This document shows positions 45,231-50,623 of a stretch of 50,623 bases of DNA, piece by piece. Position 1 is the first letter of the stretch, and every line of letters begins with the position of its first letter. The notes beneath the pieces are model-generated. The model saw only the letters and a program-made list of their open reading frames with translations. It did not search any database and was not told the origin of the DNA. Origin of the DNA: an uncultured Ruminococcus sp. (GTDB lineage Bacteria; Bacillota; Clostridia; Oscillospirales; CAG-272); NCBI GenBank assembly GCA_964629225.1, contig CAZVQC010000006.1, positions 1-50,623 of the forward strand, given 5' to 3'. The translations under genes were made by a program, and so were the position numbers.

Positions 45231-47387
45231 ATGGACATCTTCAAAATACTGTCGGAGGAGCTTGGTATTTCCGAGAATCGGGTGGAAAGCGCTGTACAGC
45301 TTCTTGACGAGGGGAATACGGTGCCCTTCATAGCACGTTACAGAAAAGAAGTTACCGGAGGCCTTGACGATGAGGTACTTCGTGCCCTGACCGAGAGGCT
45401 CACGTATTTAAGGCATCTTGAGGCGAGAAAAGAGGAGATACGGAATCTTATCGATGCTCAGGGAAAACTCACGGATGAACTGATAGCGGCGATAGAGGCG
45501 GCAACTACTCTGACGGAGGCTGACGATATCTACCGTCCCTACAGACCGAAGAGGAAGAACCGCGCCACTATTGCAAAAGAAAAGGGGCTTGAGCCTTTGG
45601 CTGAGGCACTTCTTGAGCAGAGAGCCGCATATGATCCGGATATCATGACCCTTGCCGCATCCTTCATAGACTCCGAAAAGGGTGTTGAAAACGAGAAGGA
45701 TGCTCTTGCGGGAGCCTGCGATATAATCGCAGAGGGAGTCTCCGACAACGCCGATTACCGCAAGGAGATAAGAGCCCTCACTTCGGAGTTCGGTACTATC
45801 CGCTCCCGGAAGGTAGGCGATGACGAGAACCGCACTTACGAGCTTTACTATGAATATGAGGAAAAACTGTCGACCCTTCCGTCCCACCGTGTCCTCGCCC
45901 TCAACAGAGGAGAGAAGGAGGATGTTCTTAAAGTGGACGTTCTCATTGAAAGCTCCGTTATCCTCAACTATCTGTTTTCGGCAGTTATTACCGATTTCAC
46001 ATCTCCCGCATTCAAATACGTTGCAAGGGCGGTGTGCGACAGCTATGACCGTCTCATCGCTCCTTCCATAGAAAGAGAGATAAGAAACGATCTTTTCGAT
46101 ACCGCATCGGAAAGTGCCATCAAGCTGTTCTCTTTGAATCTTAAGAACCTTCTTATGGGTGCTCCTCTCAAGGGCATGACCGTAATGGGCTACGATCCGG
46201 GCTACAGAACGGGTTGCAAGCTGGCGGTGGTGGATAAGACCGGCCGTGTGCTGGATACCGCCGTGATTTACCCCACGAAGCCCCACGAGCGGATCGCAGA
46301 GGCTAGAAAGACCGTGTCAAGACTGATATCCAAGTATTCGGTGGACGTTATCGCCATCGGCAACGGCACCGCATCCGGCGAGAGTGAGCGCTTTATTGCG
46401 GAGGCTTTGTCGGAGCTCGGCGGAAATACAAAATATACTATGGTCAGTGAGGCGGGGGCATCCGTCTACTCCGCTTCCAAGCAGGGAGCCGAGGAGTTTC
46501 CGGATTTCGACGTTACGCAGAGAAGTGCCGTGTCCATTGCAAGAAGGCTCCAAGATCCCCTGGCGGAGCTTGTGAAGATCGATCCGAAATCCATCGGGGT
46601 GGGCCAGTATCAGCACGACATGAAGGAGGCAAGGCTTGACGAGGCTTTGACGGGAGTTGTGGAGGACTGCGTAAACAGTGTGGGAGTGGACGTGAATACC
46701 GCATCCTACTCATTGCTGTCCTACATTTCCGGTATCAACGTCACCGGCGCCAAGAACATAGTCAAATACAGAGAGGAAAATGGGGAATTCAAAAAACGCT
46801 CACAGATACTCAAGGTGCCTCGCATAGGTGCGAAGGCCTACGAGCAGTGTGCGGGATTCCTTCGAGTCCCCGGCTCTGCGGAGCTCCTTGACAACACGGG
46901 AGTCCACCCGGAATCCTACGAGGCGGCAAAGGGACTTCTTGAACGCCTCGGTTACGGAAAGGATGATATCTCATCGGGACATCTCGGCTCGGTCGGCGCC
47001 AAGGCATCGGTGATAGGACTTGGAAAACTTGCAGAGGAGCTTGGGGTAGGAGAGCCTACTCTCAACGATATCATCAAAGAACTTGAAAAGCCGGGACGTG
47101 ACGTTCGGGACAGTCTCCCGAAGCCGAGACTTATGGAGAGAGCGATCGACATTTCCGAGCTTAAGGAGGGAATGACCCTCACCGGCACCGTCCGCAACGT
47201 CATCGACTTCGGCGCATTCGTGGATATCGGTGTCCATCAGGACGGACTCGTCCACATATCCGAGATATCCGACCGATACGTGAGACATCCCTCGGAGGTA
47301 CTTTCCGTTGGCGACACCGTCACCGTAAGGGTGAAGAGCGTGGATCTTAAGAAAAGACGTATCGCCCTGACGATGAAGAGCAAATGA
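45231..47387 (+). CDS. tex: transcription accessory protein Tex (YqgF, HhH and S1 domains)
   Basis: 718 aa with N-terminus MDIFKILSEELGISENRVESAVQLLDEGNTVPFIARYRKE and a C-terminal S1 domain. Confidence 0.9.
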   Translation: MDIFKILSEELGISENRVESAVQLLDEGNTVPFIARYRKEVTGGLDDEVLRALTERLTYLRHLEARKEEIRNLIDAQGKLTDELIAAIEAATTLTEADDIYRPYRPKRKNRATIAKEKGLEPLAEALLEQRAAYDPDIMTLAASFIDSEKGVENEKDALAGACDIIAEGVSDNADYRKEIRALTSEFGTIRSRKVGDDENRTYELYYEYEEKLSTLPSHRVLALNRGEKEDVLKVDVLIESSVILNYLFSAVITDFTSPAFKYVARAVCDSYDRLIAPSIEREIRNDLFDTASESAIKLFSLNLKNLLMGAPLKGMTVMGYDPGYRTGCKLAVVDKTGRVLDTAVIYPTKPHERIAEARKTVSRLISKYSVDVIAIGNGTASGESERFIAEALSELGGNTKYTMVSEAGASVYSASKQGAEEFPDFDVTQRSAVSIARRLQDPLAELVKIDPKSIGVGQYQHDMKEARLDEALTGVVEDCVNSVGVDVNTASYSLLSYISGINVTGAKNIVKYREENGEFKKRSQILKVPRIGAKAYEQCAGFLRVPGSAELLDNTGVHPESYEAAKGLLERLGYGKDDISSGHLGSVGAKASVIGLGKLAEELGVGEPTLNDIIKELEKPGRDVRDSLPKPRLMERAIDISELKEGMTLTGTVRNVIDFGAFVDIGVHQDGLVHISEISDRYVRHPSEVLSVGDTVTVRVKSVDLKKRRIALTMKSK

Positions 47388-47616
47388 CGGAAATATCTGT
47401 CGTAATTTATCGGCTCTTATAGAAAAAATAATAGGTGCGACCTTAAAGAAAATTAAAAATCGGGCGCATTTGGACAAATTCAACAAAATATTATTTGTAA
47501 ATTTGGGAAAATAGTCACTACCATTTGCACTCGGATTTTGATAAAATATAGCGTAGATACTTGTGCGAGAGTAAGCGCTCTTTGAGTGCGTAAAAACCAT
47601 TGGAGGAAATTTAATA

Positions 47617-48729
47617 ATGGCAAGTTTATCCCTGAAGCATATCTATAAAAAATATCCCGGCGGAGTTACTGCCGTTTCCGATTTCTGCCTCGATATTAAG
47701 GACAAGGAGTTCCTTATCCTCGTCGGACCTTCCGGCTGCGGTAAGACTACTACTCTCCGTATGATCGCAGGTCTTGAAGAGATCACGGAAGGCGAGCTCT
47801 TCATCGGTGACCGTCTCGTCAATGACGTTGCACCGAAGGACAGAGACATTGCAATGGTTTTCCAGAACTACGCTCTGTATCCTCATATGACGGTTTTCGA
47901 TAACATGGCATTCGGACTCAAACTTCGCAAAACTCCGAAGGAAGAGATAAAGCGCCGTGTTGAGGAAGCTGCGCGTATCCTCGATATCACCCACCTTCTC
48001 GACAGAAGACCGAAGGCTCTGTCCGGCGGTCAGAAGCAGAGAGTTGCTCTCGGACGTGCCATTGTCCGCAAGCCCATGGTATTCCTTCTTGACGAGCCTC
48101 TTTCCAACTTGGATGCGAAGCTCCGTGCTACCATGAGAACAGAGCTTACCAAGATTCACCAGAGGGTTGGTACCACCTTCGTCTACGTCACACACGACCA
48201 GACAGAGGCTATGACCATGGCAACGAGGATCGTTGTTATGAAGGACGGTCTCATCCAGCAGGTGGACACTCCTCAGAATCTCTACGACATGCCCGTCAAC
48301 CTGTTCGTTGCAGGCTTCATCGGAACACCTCAGATGAACTTCTTCGATTGCACTCTTGAGAAGAAGGGTGACGATCTCTACCTTACCTTCGGCGACAATG
48401 CTCTCAAGCTTCCCAAGGACAAGGCAAACGCCCCCATTCTCAAGGACTACATCGGCAAGGAAGTTGTTGCGGGTATCCGTCCCGAGAACATCCATGATGA
48501 TGAAGCTGCTCTTGCAGCTTACTCCGATGCAGTCATCAACACCAGCGTTGAAGTCTCCGAGCTTATGGGCTCCGAGATCCATCTGTATCTTGCTTGCGGT
48601 GACCAGCACTTCGTTGCACGTGTCTCCTCCCGTTCCACGGCAAGACCCGGTGACTCCGTTAAGATCGCTCTTGATATGTCCAGAGTTCACCTCTTCGACA
48701 AAGATACCGAGCGTTACATCATCCACTGA
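47617..48729 (+). CDS. msmX: multitask sugar ABC-transporter ATPase (MsmX/MalK family), orphan
   Basis: Walker A GPSGCGKTT, signature LSGGQKQRV, Walker B FLLDEPLSNLDA, plus a C-terminal TOBE-like domain. Very similar to B. subtilis MsmX. Confidence 0.8.
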   Translation: MASLSLKHIYKKYPGGVTAVSDFCLDIKDKEFLILVGPSGCGKTTTLRMIAGLEEITEGELFIGDRLVNDVAPKDRDIAMVFQNYALYPHMTVFDNMAFGLKLRKTPKEEIKRRVEEAARILDITHLLDRRPKALSGGQKQRVALGRAIVRKPMVFLLDEPLSNLDAKLRATMRTELTKIHQRVGTTFVYVTHDQTEAMTMATRIVVMKDGLIQQVDTPQNLYDMPVNLFVAGFIGTPQMNFFDCTLEKKGDDLYLTFGDNALKLPKDKANAPILKDYIGKEVVAGIRPENIHDDEAALAAYSDAVINTSVEVSELMGSEIHLYLACGDQHFVARVSSRSTARPGDSVKIALDMSRVHLFDKDTERYIIH

Positions 48730-49080
48730 TACGGCATTAGAGCGCAAGCGGCTTCCGCTTGCGCTTTTTAATGTTCTCGGCACACGGCGTCTGTTCTCTT
48801 GGAAAACGGAGGCGGATGAAAAGACGGCATAGAGGACAGGGTACAGTCGGTTGATTTTTTGGTTCTAAAAAAGAAGAGCTTTCCGCGTTCGGATGTAAAA
48901 TAGTATTGCGAAGTTATTCAATTGACTAAGATCGCCGTTAAAATCGTATCCTTGCTGAAACCCGGCGGCAGAAAAAAGCCGAATGCATTGTAAATTTTAA
49001 AAAAATCGTCCGAAGTACTTGACATATCCGGACACTTATATTATAATAACGCTGTAATTATATTTTTGGAGGAATTCAAA

Positions 49081-50623
49081 ATGAAAAAGATATTGTCAGT
49101 CGTGCTCGTAGCGCTGATGATCTTCTCCATGGCTTCAGGCGTTTTCGCTATGGTGCCTTCCTATGATGAGGATCCCACGCTCTATGATTTCGATCAGCAC
49201 GTAACTATGACGGTCGGCAATGCCGAGATAACACAGGGTACCACCACGGCTACCGTGTCCGTCGACATGTCCAACGTTCCCACTGACGGACTTCCCGATG
49301 AAGGCGGAGTTTGTGCGGTAGAGTTTTGGGCTATCTTCGACAAGAAGCTTGGCTTTGATGGGATCGATCTCACCACAGGTATGTTCAACGGCCTTGCTTC
49401 CGGCGATAACGTAGTTGTTGACAGCTACGCAACTCAGACATCAAAATGGACAGATGCAAGCGGAGTTGTCTCCGAGTACTACATCAATAAGACCGAAGAA
49501 CTTTGGGACATCCACGGAACTACCGAATCAGCGGTTCTTGCTAACAAGAATGTATATTGGATCTACATCTGCGCAGACGACATGCTCGACATCCACCTGG
49601 GTAACGGTCGTGTTTGCGATCTTAAGTTCACGGTTCCCGCAGATATGCCCGTAGGCGAGTACGAAATCACCGTATGGACATACTGCAGCGGTATCACCGG
49701 CGGCGTTTACGACGACTTCTCCATTGAACCTTGGTATGCTACCGTTGATGATACCCCCGGTACCCTCAAGGTCAAGGCGGCACCGACCGTAACACCTACT
49801 CTTAAGATGTCCGATGCCGGTATCACAGTGGGTGACGCTGAGGCTACGTTCACCGTAACCATGGAGAACAACTCCGGCTTCTGGTCTCTTAAGGCCTACA
49901 TCATCTACCCCGAGAGCCTTTCAATCGTTGAAAGCAGTTTGACGAAGGGCGAGAACTTCAGCTTCGTTACCAACTTCACCACTTCCGGCAATGCGAAGAT
50001 GAGAGACATCCCCTTTGCTACCGCAAAGGCTTCCGGCGTTAACTTCGACCTGGAAGAGGAATGCGAAGCTAAGGGCGTTGACGGAACGGGTAAGAAAGTA
50101 GCTCTCCTTATGATGGATCTGTCCTCCGAGGATGAACTCTTTAATACCACCGATAACGGCACTGTTGTAACGTTCAAGTTCGACACCGCTACCATCGCAG
50201 CAGGCGAGTATGATATCGATCTCGTTCTCAGCGGATTCAATACCATCGACTGCGACAGCAACGATGTTCATTACGACACAGTATCCGGTAAACTTAAGGT
50301 TGAGACCTGCAACCACGACTGGGATCTGACGTCTTCCACCGATGCAACCTGCAAGACAGCATCCAGCGAGAACTACGAGTGCTCCATGTGCCACGACACG
50401 AAGACAACGCACGATGTCGCAGCTCTCGGCCACGATTTCAGCCAGTTTGTAGAAAAGGTTGATCCTACCTGCACAGCAGAGGGTTACACAACATACAAGT
50501 GCTCAAGATGCGATGAAACAGAGGAACGCGATACGAAGCCCACGATTGAACACGACTGGGATCTGACATCTTCCACCGATGCAACCTGCAAGACAGCATC
50601 CAGCGAGAACTACGAGTGCTCCA
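49081..50623 (+). CDS. secreted cohesin-like/scaffoldin-type protein with Cys-rich repeats (3' partial)
   Basis: ATG after GGAGGAA. Signal peptide MKKILSVVLVALMIFSMASGVFA. Two cohesin-like beta-sandwich modules (ITQGTTTATVSVDMSNV.., ITVGDAEATFTVTMEN..). These are followed by repeated CNHDWDLTSSTDATCKTASSENYECSMC modules. The reading frame runs open to the window end. Confidence 0.55.
   Translation, partial: MKKILSVVLVALMIFSMASGVFAMVPSYDEDPTLYDFDQHVTMTVGNAEITQGTTTATVSVDMSNVPTDGLPDEGGVCAVEFWAIFDKKLGFDGIDLTTGMFNGLASGDNVVVDSYATQTSKWTDASGVVSEYYINKTEELWDIHGTTESAVLANKNVYWIYICADDMLDIHLGNGRVCDLKFTVPADMPVGEYEITVWTYCSGITGGVYDDFSIEPWYATVDDTPGTLKVKAAPTVTPTLKMSDAGITVGDAEATFTVTMENNSGFWSLKAYIIYPESLSIVESSLTKGENFSFVTNFTTSGNAKMRDIPFATAKASGVNFDLEEECEAKGVDGTGKKVALLMMDLSSEDELFNTTDNGTVVTFKFDTATIAAGEYDIDLVLSGFNTIDCDSNDVHYDTVSGKLKVETCNHDWDLTSSTDATCKTASSENYECSMCHDTKTTHDVAALGHDFSQFVEKVDPTCTAEGYTTYKCSRCDETEERDTKPTIEHDWDLTSSTDATCKTASSENYECS

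Noticed and set aside
45408-46286. 292-aa minus-strand ORF inside tex, and 385-aa minus ORF inside msmX (47626-48783)
   Set aside because: Antisense to highly conserved housekeeping genes.

Overview
This 50.6-kb window is a GC-rich (about 55%) chromosomal segment from a Clostridia-type Firmicute. It almost certainly comes from a cellulosome producer resembling Ruminococcus: it carries two giant secreted proteins ending in a type-I dockerin and a partial cohesin-like gene at the 3' edge. The housekeeping genes are a DinB-like Y-family polymerase, sfsA, dapA, asnA, a Nif3-like gene, a DUF1846 gene, a MATE efflux pump, a GH3 beta-glucosidase, hpf, a metallophosphoesterase, rsuA, tex and an orphan msmX-type ABC ATPase. 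They alternate with an accessory-looking 16-39 kb region. That region holds the following, in order. (1) A tyrosine recombinase sits 300 bp from tRNA-Leu(TAG) and is bracketed by duplicated 28-bp hairpin terminators. (2) A solute-binding lipoprotein is co-transcribed with a membrane-bound LuxR-family one-component regulator. (3) Two small zinc-ribbon proteins lie directly upstream of two tandem 1,870-aa beta-helix, carboxypeptidase-regulatory-like, dockerin proteins; the two large genes are diverged paralogs whose last ~800 bp, terminator included, are nucleotide-identical. (4) A cluster of unknown-function genes resembles a PspA-less YdjG/YdjH/YdjI phage-shock-type envelope module. It has a COG4260 SPFH protein with four C-terminal zinc ribbons, two DUF4428 zinc-ribbon proteins, lipoproteins, a double-zinc-ribbon membrane protein and a TPM-domain protein. 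A LiaF-like toastrack protein lies further downstream. The window also contains tRNA-Gln(CTG), a three-copy ~155-bp structured intergenic repeat with associated palindromic hairpin units, a TetR gene with a textbook promoter and operator, a decayed DUF4143 ATPase remnant, and a frameshifted lipoprotein gene. No CRISPR arrays, rRNA genes or transposases are present.
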